DNA from: a virus
DNA length: 64,000 nt
Virus record (IMG/VR): IMGVR_UViG_3300044940_000489
Coordinates: 1 to 64,000 of that record
Reading direction: 5' to 3' (one strand)
Numbering within the stretch: position 1 is the first letter of the stretch; every line of letters starts with the position of its first letter. The translations under genes were made by a program, and so were the position numbers. Positions 20,763 to 30,221 of this stretch are shown piece by piece. The notes below the pieces were generated by a model. It did no database searches. It worked only from the letters and a program-made list of their open reading frames with translations, and was not told the origin of the DNA.

Positions 20763-20798
20763 ATTGATTGATATTCATAATAGGGTCAGGGGGCCTGC

Positions 20799-21080
20799 TT
20801 GTTAGAGGCGATTGTTATAGGAATGTGCCTAAATGGGATAGCGTGTACGACTGTGAGCCAGGCATACTATGCCCAGAATAAGCCGCTTCAGGAATTTGTA
20901 CAGGATATGGGGAGGCGAGCGGAAAAGCGTTTGGGCCCAAATACAATGCAGGTGCTGGTCTATACCTTACCGGCAGCCATGCTGGCTTCCGGACAAACTG
21001 GGGTGGCCAGAGTTGGGAAGCATTTTGCAATTGAAGCCAGTAGGGATGTCAGTAAGCTATTATTTGAGGTGGCATTTTGA
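20799..21080 (+). CDS. hypothetical protein, possible N-terminal signal/TM
   Basis: 93-aa ORF, first of plus-strand island. Confidence 0.55.
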   Translation: MLEAIVIGMCLNGIACTTVSQAYYAQNKPLQEFVQDMGRRAEKRLGPNTMQVLVYTLPAAMLASGQTGVARVGKHFAIEASRDVSKLLFEVAF

Positions 21081-21307
21081 AGAAGAGACGTAGCCTATCC
21101 TCAAAATTCTATCCACAATTACATGAAGCGTGGCCGGCGCCGCACGATAATTGGGCTAGAAATGTGCTGTATCGCCATTTTTATAAGTCCAATCTTAAGC
21201 ACAGGCAATTGATTAATTATATTTGGGAATCTCTTGCGCTAAAGCCAGACCCTAGGTCCATGGTCATTGAAACACTATCTAAATCGATGCATGAAGAAAC
21301 GAAATAA
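21077..21307 (+). CDS. small hypothetical protein (MKKRR-start family)
   Basis: GAGG RBS; overlaps previous stop. Confidence 0.55.
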   Translation: MKKRRSLSSKFYPQLHEAWPAPHDNWARNVLYRHFYKSNLKHRQLINYIWESLALKPDPRSMVIETLSKSMHEETK

Positions 21308-21521
21308 TCTACTCGAATACTTTGAGAATAGAGCGGGGGTCGCCATGAGCTTGCAAAGCGGGAGCGATTCTGTTGATGCAGACGGCTATAGAACCAGAAT
21401 ATTCACATACTGGAGCCTTGATACTAAACCCGCGTTAATTACAGCTAGTGTACTAAAGAATACTCCACAATATGTGGGAGTAAGACTTCTAATAAAGCGG
21501 GCCATATTGCAATGCGAATAA
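21291..21521 (+). CDS. small hypothetical protein, paralog of 22585-22892
   Basis: MKKRNNLLEYFENRAGVAMSLQSGSDSVDADGYRTRI nearly identical to the paralog. Confidence 0.65.
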   Translation: MKKRNNLLEYFENRAGVAMSLQSGSDSVDADGYRTRIFTYWSLDTKPALITASVLKNTPQYVGVRLLIKRAILQCE

Positions 21522-21730
21522 GACGGAAGCTAAGCATGAATCACTATAAAGACTTTACTATGAGTTTATGTCGCATTATACAGTCGCAGATAACTCGCCA
21601 TACAAGAATTAAGACACGGTTTCAGGTTAGGCGTGAGCTTATTGAGCTTATTGAGCTTATTGCGCTTAATCACATATATAAAGTTAAGTTATTTATTAAT
21701 AATATGCTAGCATTTAATAATATTAAATAA
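21512..21730 (+). CDS. small hypothetical protein
   Basis: 72-aa ORF overlapping previous gene end; basic N-terminus. Confidence 0.5.
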   Translation: MRIRRKLSMNHYKDFTMSLCRIIQSQITRHTRIKTRFQVRRELIELIELIALNHIYKVKLFINNMLAFNNIK

Positions 21731-21775
21731 GATAATAGGGCGCCAATATAAGCTCCCTAATAATTTATTAATAGA

Positions 21776-22129
21776 ATGGAGGGAACAAAAATGAGTAGAC
21801 CTAAAGATAAACCGGAACAAGTTGAACAAAAACAGAGCCTTAGCTATGAAGAGAATGCAAGACTATCTGCTATATCTTCATTAAGCTATGCCAACACCAG
21901 GGAAGCTTTAGCCATAATGGACATTAGCAAAGATTCGGAGTTTTGGAGTCCTGCGTTTGAAGACGTTAAGAATGCTATTAAAAGAGAAGTATTATTAAGA
22001 GAAAAGCTGACAAAGTTAAAGCGGTTATTGTTGCTAGTAGACCCAGCGGTTGATAACGAGCCAATGAATGAGCTAACTAAGCGCCAATGGGCTGAGTTTG
22101 TAAAAGCTTTTCCTGATGAAGATTTGTGA
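21776..22129 (+). CDS. hypothetical protein
   Basis: GGAGGG RBS before MSRPK; helical ORF. Confidence 0.65.
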   Translation: MEGTKMSRPKDKPEQVEQKQSLSYEENARLSAISSLSYANTREALAIMDISKDSEFWSPAFEDVKNAIKREVLLREKLTKLKRLLLLVDPAVDNEPMNELTKRQWAEFVKAFPDEDL

Positions 22130-22209
22130 GGTTGATGTCACGAGTATGTTCAAAAAGTTTCTAGGTATTTTTGAGCTTTTATGGTAGTCTTAAAAGGACC
22201 GGAGGATTT

Positions 22210-22572
22210 ATGGATTAAAAAACTGTTTTAGATGCTCATAAGTTGTGGCTAGAGACTAATGGTGCAAACGGCGAAAGAGCAATTCTTAGGGGCGCAAATC
22301 TTGAGGGCGCAAATCTTAGGGGTGCAAATTTAGCATTTACAATAATAAAAGCATTTTATATTAGCAAATACTTTGGATTTGCATGGATAAAAGACAAAAA
22401 AGAGATTATAGTTAAAATAGGATGTTTAGAGCATAATATTGATTATTGGTTAAAAAATGTAAAATCAATTGGGCAGAAGTACGAATATTCAAAATCAGAA
22501 ATTGACGACGTAAGAATCATACTAACTGCGATCAAAAAAATAATGGAAAAATCACTAAAAAGAAAAAAATAA
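22210..22572 (+). pseudogene. pentapeptide-repeat protein with nonsense codon at codon 3
   Basis: GGAGG RBS then ATG GAT TAA AAA ACT GTT TTA GAT GCT CAT AAG TTG TGG, in frame with A(I/N)L(R/E)G pentapeptide repeats. Confidence 0.65.
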
Positions 22573-22584
22573 TATTAAATAATG

Positions 22585-22892
22585 ATGAAAAAAAACGCAA
22601 TAAACTACTCGAATATTTTAAGAATAAAGCAGGAGCAGCCATGAGCTTGCGAAGTGGCTGCGATTCTGTTGATGCAGACAACTACAGGACCAGAATATTA
22701 GCAGTGCCCAAAAAGCGAATTAAACCTACTATTTTATGGACACGTTTAATTGATATAACACATGATGCCCTTAGCAAAAAGACCATGCTTGCTAGTGTGG
22801 ATTTTATATTAAGCAAAGAGATGAGTTTTGTATATGGCATTAAGGGCACAATTCAAGAGTCTATTAAAATTCGGACGCACTCAAAATACTAA
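22585..22892 (+). pseudogene. paralog of 21291-21521, frameshifted in an A8 run
   Basis: ATG followed by A8 (22588-22595), then out-of-frame RNKLLEYFKNKAGAAMSLRSGCDSVDADNYRTRI. Confidence 0.6.
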
Positions 22893-22895
22893 AAA

Positions 22896-22928
22896 TACTA
22901 AAGTCAGGGACTTTCTTTTGGTATTATC
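22896..22928 (-). mobile_element. isolated left-end fragment of the IS200/IS605 element
   Basis: minus strand TTAT|GATAATACCAAAAGAAAGTCCCTGACTTTAGTA matches the left end at 30531. Confidence 0.7.
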
Positions 22929-22932
22929 ATAA

Positions 22933-23290
22933 AGGCCCACGCCCACTGCGCATTCCCAGCCGTAACCCCTTTGGCTTTATCTCGAATTGGGAATTGCATT
23001 GTATCTCAGATATTGATATCAAATCAATAAGGCGGCCAACGCGGGCCAGCTCACAACTTCGTCAAAATTACCACTCAGTATGTACGAGTATTTGACTTTA
23101 GGCTTAGCACCAGAGGGCTGTTAGCGGCAGTGCTCCCCTGAAGTGACATACTAATCAATCGCGCTAATCGATGGGGCATGTGACTCCCCCGCTTCTTATT
23201 ATTTAAAGTCTGTAGAAGCCACAGACTTTTTGCTGGAATGTTTAGGACTCCGGTCTGGTTTTTAGCCAGGTATCGCTTAGGAAGACGATA
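22933..23290 (+). ncRNA. candidate structured non-coding RNA
   Basis: ~360 nt with no ORF >=60 aa and at least 7 stems; G-U pairs favour the + strand. Confidence 0.35.
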
Positions 23291-23608
23291 TCAAGACTCT
23301 TTCTTTGAGTCAACCTTCTCGTCGAGTTCTGATTGACCGTTAGCATTTCTGCCAATACGGCGGCCCCAATAGAGACCTGCACACGCGATAAAAAGATTGA
23401 ATGCGCTGTTCACATCAACGCCACCCAAAGATCCAGACCATTTCCCAATGATTCCAGCCACACAAAGATTGAATGAAATAAAAACAAGAGTAAGAGATAC
23501 GGAGCCCTTTTGTGATTCAGGGTCTTTCAGCACGGGAATCGGAATTCCTAGACGATTGCATTCGGAAACTAAGTTCCGCCACTTTGCTGTTATTTCTCTT
23601 AGATTCAT
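23291..23608 (-). CDS. putative holin
   Basis: 105 aa, two hydrophobic helices, charged C-terminus, end of late operon. Confidence 0.55.
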   Translation of the reverse strand: MNLREITAKWRNLVSECNRLGIPIPVLKDPESQKGSVSLTLVFISFNLCVAGIIGKWSGSLGGVDVNSAFNLFIACAGLYWGRRIGRNANGQSELDEKVDSKKES

Positions 23609-24120
23609 CCGATCCTCTCTCTTTTATGGAAGAGCTCCAGCAGTCCATCCTCGATGTCGCTTGGTTTTATTAAATGTCTTGGCTTGTCTATTTTAATTCC
23701 TAGGTCTTCTTCCAAAAACTCAGCGACAAGTTCTGAGCATACGTATCCTGGACCGTCATGCGTTTTGGGGACATTAGCGCCCCACCTCTCAGCTATGTCG
23801 CACAATAATATTTTTAGTAGATTCAGGTAATCATATCTTACATTAGATAGCGACATGCATCTGTTTATCATTTTTAGTCGAGTGGCCCGGTCTATTGGTA
23901 TTTCGTACTCTATCAAGACCTTGTTCTTTTTTAGAAAGTTTTCCTCAGACATAAAATGAACAGTGCCGCCTGCTGCATGGTAGATGCTAGTGATTATATT
24001 TTGGCTTTCAAATTTAATATAGACATGAGAATACGGCCTGTTCTGCCACTCTCTGATAGCATATGCCGCTATATTAAATTTAATCGGCGTAGAAAAACCT
24101 ATTAAAAACTTTGATTCCAT
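23605..24120 (-). CDS. permuted papain-like (NlpC/P60, YiiX/YebB-type) amidase
   Basis: YSHVYI...YD...CSELVAE, with His before Cys. Confidence 0.75.
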   Translation of the reverse strand: MESKFLIGFSTPIKFNIAAYAIREWQNRPYSHVYIKFESQNIITSIYHAAGGTVHFMSEENFLKKNKVLIEYEIPIDRATRLKMINRCMSLSNVRYDYLNLLKILLCDIAERWGANVPKTHDGPGYVCSELVAEFLEEDLGIKIDKPRHLIKPSDIEDGLLELFHKRERIG

Positions 24121-24121
24121 A

Positions 24122-24586
24122 TTAAATTAGCTTGCTATGAATAAGCTGATACCATGAATCAATCATGGACTGAGTGACAAAACCGCTAGGAGTTTTCTGC
24201 GAAAGCCTGTATAGTGCGGTTGGCCACGCACCTTCTCTAATTCTAATTAAAACATCTTGGTATTCAGAAAACATCTCATCTGACTGTTGAGCCGTAATTC
24301 CGAGCAGAGTGTTTTGGGTATACAGGTCCCTAAGAAGGGCTGGGGCCATTTCTTGATAATGTTGAATTTTAGCTCTAATTATTGACTCTAGGCTAACCGT
24401 CTGGCCAGGAGGAGGCTGGAGCATATTATTTTTAAGCTTCCATCCTACTTGAGGTTTTATTAAAAGATCTTCTACGTTCAGAATTAGAGTATAATCTCTT
24501 ATTTTATTCTGGTACTGTTCTTCAGTCAGAGTCATTACTGCGACTACTTCATCGCCCACTAGGGCAGCGTGTAACCTTGCGCTCAT
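24122..24586 (-). CDS. hypothetical protein (tail-fibre assembly-like)
   Basis: PQVGWK..N..L.PP motif as in fibre chaperones; fibre operon. Confidence 0.45.
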   Translation of the reverse strand: MSARLHAALVGDEVVAVMTLTEEQYQNKIRDYTLILNVEDLLIKPQVGWKLKNNMLQPPPGQTVSLESIIRAKIQHYQEMAPALLRDLYTQNTLLGITAQQSDEMFSEYQDVLIRIREGAWPTALYRLSQKTPSGFVTQSMIDSWYQLIHSKLI

Positions 24587-24587
24587 A

Positions 24588-25139
24588 TTATATATCCTGT
24601 TTTGTTATATCAAGGAATTCCACATCGTTTCTTAATCTAATAATACTGTCGTAAACACCCAAATGATTAACGTAAATTCTATCACGATATGTCGTGCTAG
24701 ATCTTATAGCAGTGGCCTCAATCATTAGGGTAGTGTCGCCGTCAAGATTAGTGCCAGTCAATAGACTTACGCTTATATCAACAAAATAATAGCCATTCGG
24801 CTGCAAAACTCCAGTTAGTGTCGTTATTAACTGGTCATCCCACTTGGGGCTAGTTATATCGGCTACTTTGTATACTTTAAAGTTTATTGATGAGGCGCTA
24901 TCAATAGATCCACTGGATGAATTATACAAATAGCCTATTATTCTGATCTTATCTAAGGTTGACGTATCGAGCTGTGCTGCTATTTTTAATACCTGGGCAC
25001 TGTTTGTTAGGGCAGAATTGGGCCCAAACAGAAACTGCCAGTCCTCCATGTCGTTAACAATATAACGAGAAGAGTGGTCTACCTTCAGCCACTGGTTATC
25101 GTCATTATCATCTTGTGCGACTAATCTTCTTACTGGCAT
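24588..25139 (-). CDS. virion structural protein
   Basis: beta-rich 183-aa ORF in fibre operon. Confidence 0.55.
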   Translation of the reverse strand: MPVRRLVAQDDNDDNQWLKVDHSSRYIVNDMEDWQFLFGPNSALTNSAQVLKIAAQLDTSTLDKIRIIGYLYNSSSGSIDSASSINFKVYKVADITSPKWDDQLITTLTGVLQPNGYYFVDISVSLLTGTNLDGDTTLMIEATAIRSSTTYRDRIYVNHLGVYDSIIRLRNDVEFLDITKQDI

Positions 25140-26497
25140 TAATTACCTAAAAGTGTAAAGCCCTTAACGGCTACGATATTTTTTCCTGCCACTGATATAG
25201 TTACTGTTACGGTATAATGGGTCAGGTCAGTCAACAGGATCGCGCTAACTGGGGTTGTGTGGAACAAGCCGTTTGCATCGGCGGCTATTCCCGATTGTGT
25301 GAGTCCAGCCACAGCTACGCCGTCTTTATCATATACGGTATAGCTAGCAGTACCGAGTATTGAAGTGGGCGCGATCTGGTCGTTCTTAGTAGCCCAGAAG
25401 GTAGCTTTAAGCTGGTTACTAGCGTTAATCGAGAATACAGCCCTGCAGGTATACTCGGCCAAATCACCATTAAGAATAATATTTTTTGATCTGAGAATTC
25501 CGTTTACTGTAATATTGGCTCGAATAATAAAATTCTTGGACAGATCTATCGATTGAGGAAGAGCAAACGGGGTGATTATAAAATATCCATTGGAGTCTGC
25601 CGATATGCCAGATTCAGTTACACCAGCTATAATAGAACCGTCTGCGTTGTAAAACTGATAGGAGGCAGTGCCGAGGTTTGTAGTTAATATTTTCTCGTTC
25701 TTTTCTGCCCAAAGGCTTCCGATTATATTATTAGAATTATTGAGGCTGAAGACTCCGTTGATTTTAATATTTTCAACTTCATCATTTAGTGGTATAAAAT
25801 TGACTCTGTCTTCGCCGTCAACGTCAATGGTGACCCGGACGGTATAGTGATCGTTAATACGGTCAGGATCTATTGTATTGGCTATAGGAGTAGCGATATA
25901 GAGCCCCTGAGTATTGGGAGTCGCCACCGACCCAGACATTCCAGTGACAGGGAGTCCTGCCTTGTCGAATACCTGAAAGCTTGCAGTTCCCATAACTGCA
26001 CCTGGCGCAATAGCAAGACTCTCGTTTTTGTCAGCCCACATAGTGATATGAAAAAGATTATTGGAGCTTATTGAGAAGGCGCATTTTGACTCATATACAT
26101 CAATAGAAGTTAGAACACCGGTAGAGATCACGTTTAGGGATACGGTATTGGTATCCCTATTGCTTAATGCATCAACAGCTCGTACTCCCACATAATAAGT
26201 GGTACCATTTACCAGGAAAGAGCCGTCTGGCAATGTGAATATGTCATACTGTAGCTTATCTGTAATAGCAATTATATTAGCCGTATTAAATAGGTTGGTT
26301 GGAGTAGTGGCCTTAATATAGACCTCATACCTTATTGGAGTGTTTGGGTCCGAAGCGGCTGGCCATCCGGCCCGAATTTGACCCCTAGATTCTACATCTA
26401 GAAAGTTGATGCCCGCAAAAGTTGGCGGCGTCAGATCGGCAACGCATGCGTCTGAAGTGGGCATATAAAAATTATCGGCTATAAAAATGTCTGGCAT
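25139..26497 (-). CDS. virion protein with N-terminal FN3-like domain and three Ig-like repeats
   Basis: D.TPPTF.G...W.AASD....Y.VY...TTYYVGVRAVD..N; three GTAS(F/Y)..(F/Y)...G repeats. Confidence 0.65.
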   Translation of the reverse strand: MPDIFIADNFYMPTSDACVADLTPPTFAGINFLDVESRGQIRAGWPAASDPNTPIRYEVYIKATTPTNLFNTANIIAITDKLQYDIFTLPDGSFLVNGTTYYVGVRAVDALSNRDTNTVSLNVISTGVLTSIDVYESKCAFSISSNNLFHITMWADKNESLAIAPGAVMGTASFQVFDKAGLPVTGMSGSVATPNTQGLYIATPIANTIDPDRINDHYTVRVTIDVDGEDRVNFIPLNDEVENIKINGVFSLNNSNNIIGSLWAEKNEKILTTNLGTASYQFYNADGSIIAGVTESGISADSNGYFIITPFALPQSIDLSKNFIIRANITVNGILRSKNIILNGDLAEYTCRAVFSINASNQLKATFWATKNDQIAPTSILGTASYTVYDKDGVAVAGLTQSGIAADANGLFHTTPVSAILLTDLTHYTVTVTISVAGKNIVAVKGFTLLGN

Positions 26498-26593
26498 TTA
26501 ATCTCCAACATAAAACATTATTTTTGTCCAGTGCCTAGGCGCTTCTTCTAGGCATCTGGACAAGGTGCAATATCGCCTACTTTTTCTCATGCG

Positions 26594-29215
26594 CTAGTCA
26601 TTTCTAATAGACGGTCTAATGTCTACCCCAGGAGGGCTTGTAAATGTATATCTAACTAGCGTTCCAACAGTGTTCGGTATGGTTCCAAGTGGTAGCCATG
26701 TGGTTCCATTATCTGTTGAATACTGGAAATTAGACGCATTGGCTGTAGTATTGTGATTCACTAAAAGCACGTTGGACAGGTCTCTTGCCCTAAAAAACAA
26801 TTGGGGCACAACTGTTGGGTATGCCTCTTTTAATCTGAAGGCCACTCTGGACGGAGTGTTATTATCTGACCACTCATCAGAAATTTCCCAATTGTCCACA
26901 TTTTCATTGTCTGGCTGAACAATAACCCTTATTTCTGATACCTGCGCGCCGCGTGCGTGTGATGACTCAAAAAGAGGGAACAGGCACTTAAATTGTATTT
27001 GCGTGGCGGAAGGCACAGAACTCATGTCATTATCGGTCGGCAAATCTGTCCAGCCGCCTGTGGGAGTGGCAAATCCGGAAGTCCGGTACTGTATTTTAGG
27101 TCTACATGTTTCTCCAGGAAGCTGGCGCTGAACATGTGCCGCTATAAACGATCCCGCAGGCACGTTGATTACTCTAGTAATAAAACCGTCAGATGGTGTA
27201 GACGCGGTATCGATGGCATCAAAAAATGCATCAGCTTTGAGGTCTGCTACCAGCGCGCCTCTTTGGTTAATACTAGTAAGTGGCAAGATAAGCCAGCCGT
27301 TACGAACTTCTGGATTAGAAGTCGCTACGCCGCCCACTTCTTGTCCGTCTAGTGGGCTTGCGGCTACTCCCGCCTCTAGGGCGCGGTTATTTGCTACGCC
27401 AAAAACGAAATCGGCCTCAGTATTAACCACTCTTTTAATAATAAACCTAGATGGACCAGATGCTACTGTTGTTGTGGATACCACTCTGTCTAAGTATTGT
27501 GACCAGTTTGCAAATAATGTTACAGGAGCAACAGTATTGTTGGCCGTGTTTGGAAGATTATTTTGAACTAGAAGGCTGGGCCAAGTCGAAGCACCTGATG
27601 TCAATTCACTGATCCTGCCCAAGAAATGTGATGTGGACGAGCAGAAATACACGCAAGGGAAGCCGGCATTGGAAGTATGATTAGGGGTAGCAAAATCTGC
27701 AGCATTGGCTATTGTTGCTCCGGTGAATCCAGAAATAGCGTTGGTACTGTAGTCAAATAGCTCAGCTGTTTGGCCTAGGGCGTTATAGGCATAAAAGTTC
27801 CCGGTCGCAGTCAATCCAATTGTCAGAGTTCCAGTAAACGAGCCAGGCGATATAGCTGTTCCATTCGGAGTGGCAGAAACCTGAACGGTTGACCCAGACT
27901 GTGCAACGACCCAATAATCTGTGTCTGCCGATATGCCAGATGGGAATGTGCCAGTTGACCAGAATCTTACTCTTGATCCAACAACTAATGCCGTTGTTAC
28001 TGCGCTACACGTAATTGTAGTGCCAGAAATAGTCGTAACAGTATTATTTACCGCAGATATACCTGGGGAAGACAGTGCTGACGCATACTGAAAGGTGTTC
28101 GCGGCTAAGTTGGCATTTGAGACGAAGAACTGGTTTGATGCGGCTGTGTGCCCTACTGGGAATAGCCCCACAAAGGCCTGCCCTGTAAAAGATCCTGATG
28201 TAGAGATAGAGGGTCCTCCAACTGTAGTTGACAGCTCAAAAGTAGTCGAAGTTAAGCCAGACGACCTGACATAATAGTTTGTTGCCACTGCCACTCCAGT
28301 GGGCAGTATGGCCGCTCCAGCTGTATGGAACACCTGGACCCGCTCGTCTGCTTGAAAACCATGAGCATTTGCCGTTGTAAAGGTTGTGGTGGTTCCCGTT
28401 GCTATGCTGGTTATTCTGGGAGGAAGTGCAGTTACGTGGTCGTTAACTAGCCATCCGTGTGCAGTAGCATTAACAATATATCCGGTAGCTCCGCGATTCT
28501 GCCAGTTAGTTATTAAAATGGGATCTTGTGTCTGGGTATTAGTATAATCAAAGCGGTACCATCTGGTTGTTGTTGCAGTGGGAACTGTCATGCCCCACAA
28601 TTTATTACCATCAACAAAAGATCCAAAATTTGTAGTAAGGGTATGCAGGGAGGAGTTTCTGGTCTCAACTATATGTTGCACTGCAAAATTCTGATTCGGT
28701 CCTGCCGCAAAGGGAACTACCCGACCTCCGGAAGGCTGAAAGTCGGCCAAATCGCAAGTCACCAAATATAATCCGCCAAAAGTTACGTTTGAAGAGTTGA
28801 CGATGCCAATTGAAATTTTAAAGTTTGTGGTCCCCGCGTCGTTAAGGGCTTCTAATGACCTTAATGTATTGGTCCCTACTGCAGATATTGAGGCCTGCAG
28901 CCGCCCCACATAAGTTGTGGCCCCAGTATTGAGGTTGAAATTGTACAGCACGATGTTAACGAGGCCCGCTCCAGCAATATTTACAAAATACAGTCTACCG
29001 TTTGGTGAACAAAAAGTAAGTGGCGCTGAAGCGCTAAAGGACACTGCGCCGCTCGTATCAGTAAAAACGTCAACAAATTTTGGCAAGTATGGCCCGATTG
29101 CATCCTTGCCATTTAATAGAGTCTTTACGTGAGCTCTACCCAAAATTGTGGTATGGTTCTGGTTGTATGTACCTGATACGGTATCCAATAATTTTGCCGA
29201 ATATGCCTTTGGCAT
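26594..29215 (-). CDS. tail fibre / receptor-binding-like protein
   Basis: 873 aa, Thr/Ser/Gly-rich, ATAHGW/TANAHGF repeats, LPTG.....YYV...FELSTT.GG modules. Confidence 0.65.
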   Translation of the reverse strand: MPKAYSAKLLDTVSGTYNQNHTTILGRAHVKTLLNGKDAIGPYLPKFVDVFTDTSGAVSFSASAPLTFCSPNGRLYFVNIAGAGLVNIVLYNFNLNTGATTYVGRLQASISAVGTNTLRSLEALNDAGTTNFKISIGIVNSSNVTFGGLYLVTCDLADFQPSGGRVVPFAAGPNQNFAVQHIVETRNSSLHTLTTNFGSFVDGNKLWGMTVPTATTTRWYRFDYTNTQTQDPILITNWQNRGATGYIVNATAHGWLVNDHVTALPPRITSIATGTTTTFTTANAHGFQADERVQVFHTAGAAILPTGVAVATNYYVRSSGLTSTTFELSTTVGGPSISTSGSFTGQAFVGLFPVGHTAASNQFFVSNANLAANTFQYASALSSPGISAVNNTVTTISGTTITCSAVTTALVVGSRVRFWSTGTFPSGISADTDYWVVAQSGSTVQVSATPNGTAISPGSFTGTLTIGLTATGNFYAYNALGQTAELFDYSTNAISGFTGATIANAADFATPNHTSNAGFPCVYFCSSTSHFLGRISELTSGASTWPSLLVQNNLPNTANNTVAPVTLFANWSQYLDRVVSTTTVASGPSRFIIKRVVNTEADFVFGVANNRALEAGVAASPLDGQEVGGVATSNPEVRNGWLILPLTSINQRGALVADLKADAFFDAIDTASTPSDGFITRVINVPAGSFIAAHVQRQLPGETCRPKIQYRTSGFATPTGGWTDLPTDNDMSSVPSATQIQFKCLFPLFESSHARGAQVSEIRVIVQPDNENVDNWEISDEWSDNNTPSRVAFRLKEAYPTVVPQLFFRARDLSNVLLVNHNTTANASNFQYSTDNGTTWLPLGTIPNTVGTLVRYTFTSPPGVDIRPSIRND

Positions 29216-29224
29216 GTTAGCTCC

Positions 29225-29995
29225 TTAAATGATGCTCCAAGTAAGAGAATCTCTTCTATATCTATTTCCAACTAAAGTATATGATAGGGTAAGCCTTGCC
29301 GTATATCCTGGCCCAGAACCAACGCTTGGCGAAGTATAATCTATCTGCGTAACTCTCTGATCTTTAGTGCCAAAATCAGCGTATGTTATATTAGCCGTTC
29401 GATCTTTTCCAGCAAGTATCTGCAGGCGCCTGTTATTTACAAAGGCAAACTTTGGCCCATTGCGTGTACCGTCCTCTGAGCCTGCGGTAAGTACGTTGTC
29501 GGGGTTTGCTTGGTTAGCCGGCAGCAGCGCGTCCAGATCAACAGAAAGTCCCGAAACGGATACCGCTGCGTCAACCGCAAGCCTGGTCTTGCCGTCATTG
29601 CCCGTTACAGTGTCAATGGCCTGGCCAAACTTATTAACTTGTAAGGTTCTCAAGGCCACTGCCGGGTCTCTGGCATAAACGGCCTGTATTATTTCGTCAG
29701 GCTTTAATACGGGCTTTACTTGCTCGGATGCAGTTATTTTGGCCGCATCTGCGACTGTGTATGCAGACACATCCTCATATGGGCCGTTGAACGGCGTTCC
29801 TGGGCGTCCTACTTGAATTGTTGTAGGAGTAACTCTGCGGACCTCGAGCTGAAGTGCGGGCTGGGTATTTGAAGTTAAAGTGACCTTTTGCTTTGCGTAA
29901 AATCCAGAAGCGTCGGCTACGGTGATAATTCCCTGAACTGTACCGTTAGCCGTAAAAAGCTGAGATACCGCATCGAATGATTTTTCGATAGCCAT
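29225..29995 (-). CDS. virion structural protein (fibre operon)
   Basis: 256-aa ORF, first gene downstream of the late-promoter motif at 30114. Confidence 0.6.
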   Translation of the reverse strand: MAIEKSFDAVSQLFTANGTVQGIITVADASGFYAKQKVTLTSNTQPALQLEVRRVTPTTIQVGRPGTPFNGPYEDVSAYTVADAAKITASEQVKPVLKPDEIIQAVYARDPAVALRTLQVNKFGQAIDTVTGNDGKTRLAVDAAVSVSGLSVDLDALLPANQANPDNVLTAGSEDGTRNGPKFAFVNNRRLQILAGKDRTANITYADFGTKDQRVTQIDYTSPSVGSGPGYTARLTLSYTLVGNRYRRDSLTWSII

Positions 29996-30061
29996 AGCAA
30001 AATGTCCTAACCTGTATACCTACTTACTGGCCCGTGCCAGCAAGATCCGCCATTAGATTGA

Positions 30062-30107
30062 CTGACAGCTCCCACGCCTAAAGGCATGGGGTTCTTTTGG
30101 CTTTATC
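30062..30107 (-). mobile_element. 46-bp minimal IS200/IS605 remnant (single hairpin)
   Basis: minus strand TTAT|GATAAAGCCAAAAGAACCCCATGCCTTTAGGCGTGGGAGCTGTCAG. Confidence 0.8.
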
Positions 30108-30221
30108 ATAAAAATTAGGTTTTTAAGCTAAGTGCTTGTTTTTATTAAGATTTTATATGGTTATTTATGATACTATTTATTTTTAGAGCTTGTAATTTGC
30201 ATTAAATTTAGGTACTATTTA
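30108..30221. repeat. ~114-bp direct repeat (copy 1) holding divergent late and sigma70 promoter motifs
   Basis: near-identical to 37640-37754; late motif at 30114-30146 (-), TTGTAA-N17-TACTAT at 30190-30218 (+). Confidence 0.9.

Noticed and set aside
22210-22218. Stop-codon reassignment suggested by an in-frame TAA
   Set aside because: Long ORFs tile the window in the standard code, and TAA, TAG and TGA all terminate genes; an isolated nonsense change is simpler
23170-23200. tRNA or tmRNA end suggested by GGGGCATGTGACTCCCC
   Set aside because: No TTCRA T-loop, cloverleaf or CCA end could be built; kept only as part of the generic structured-RNA candidate
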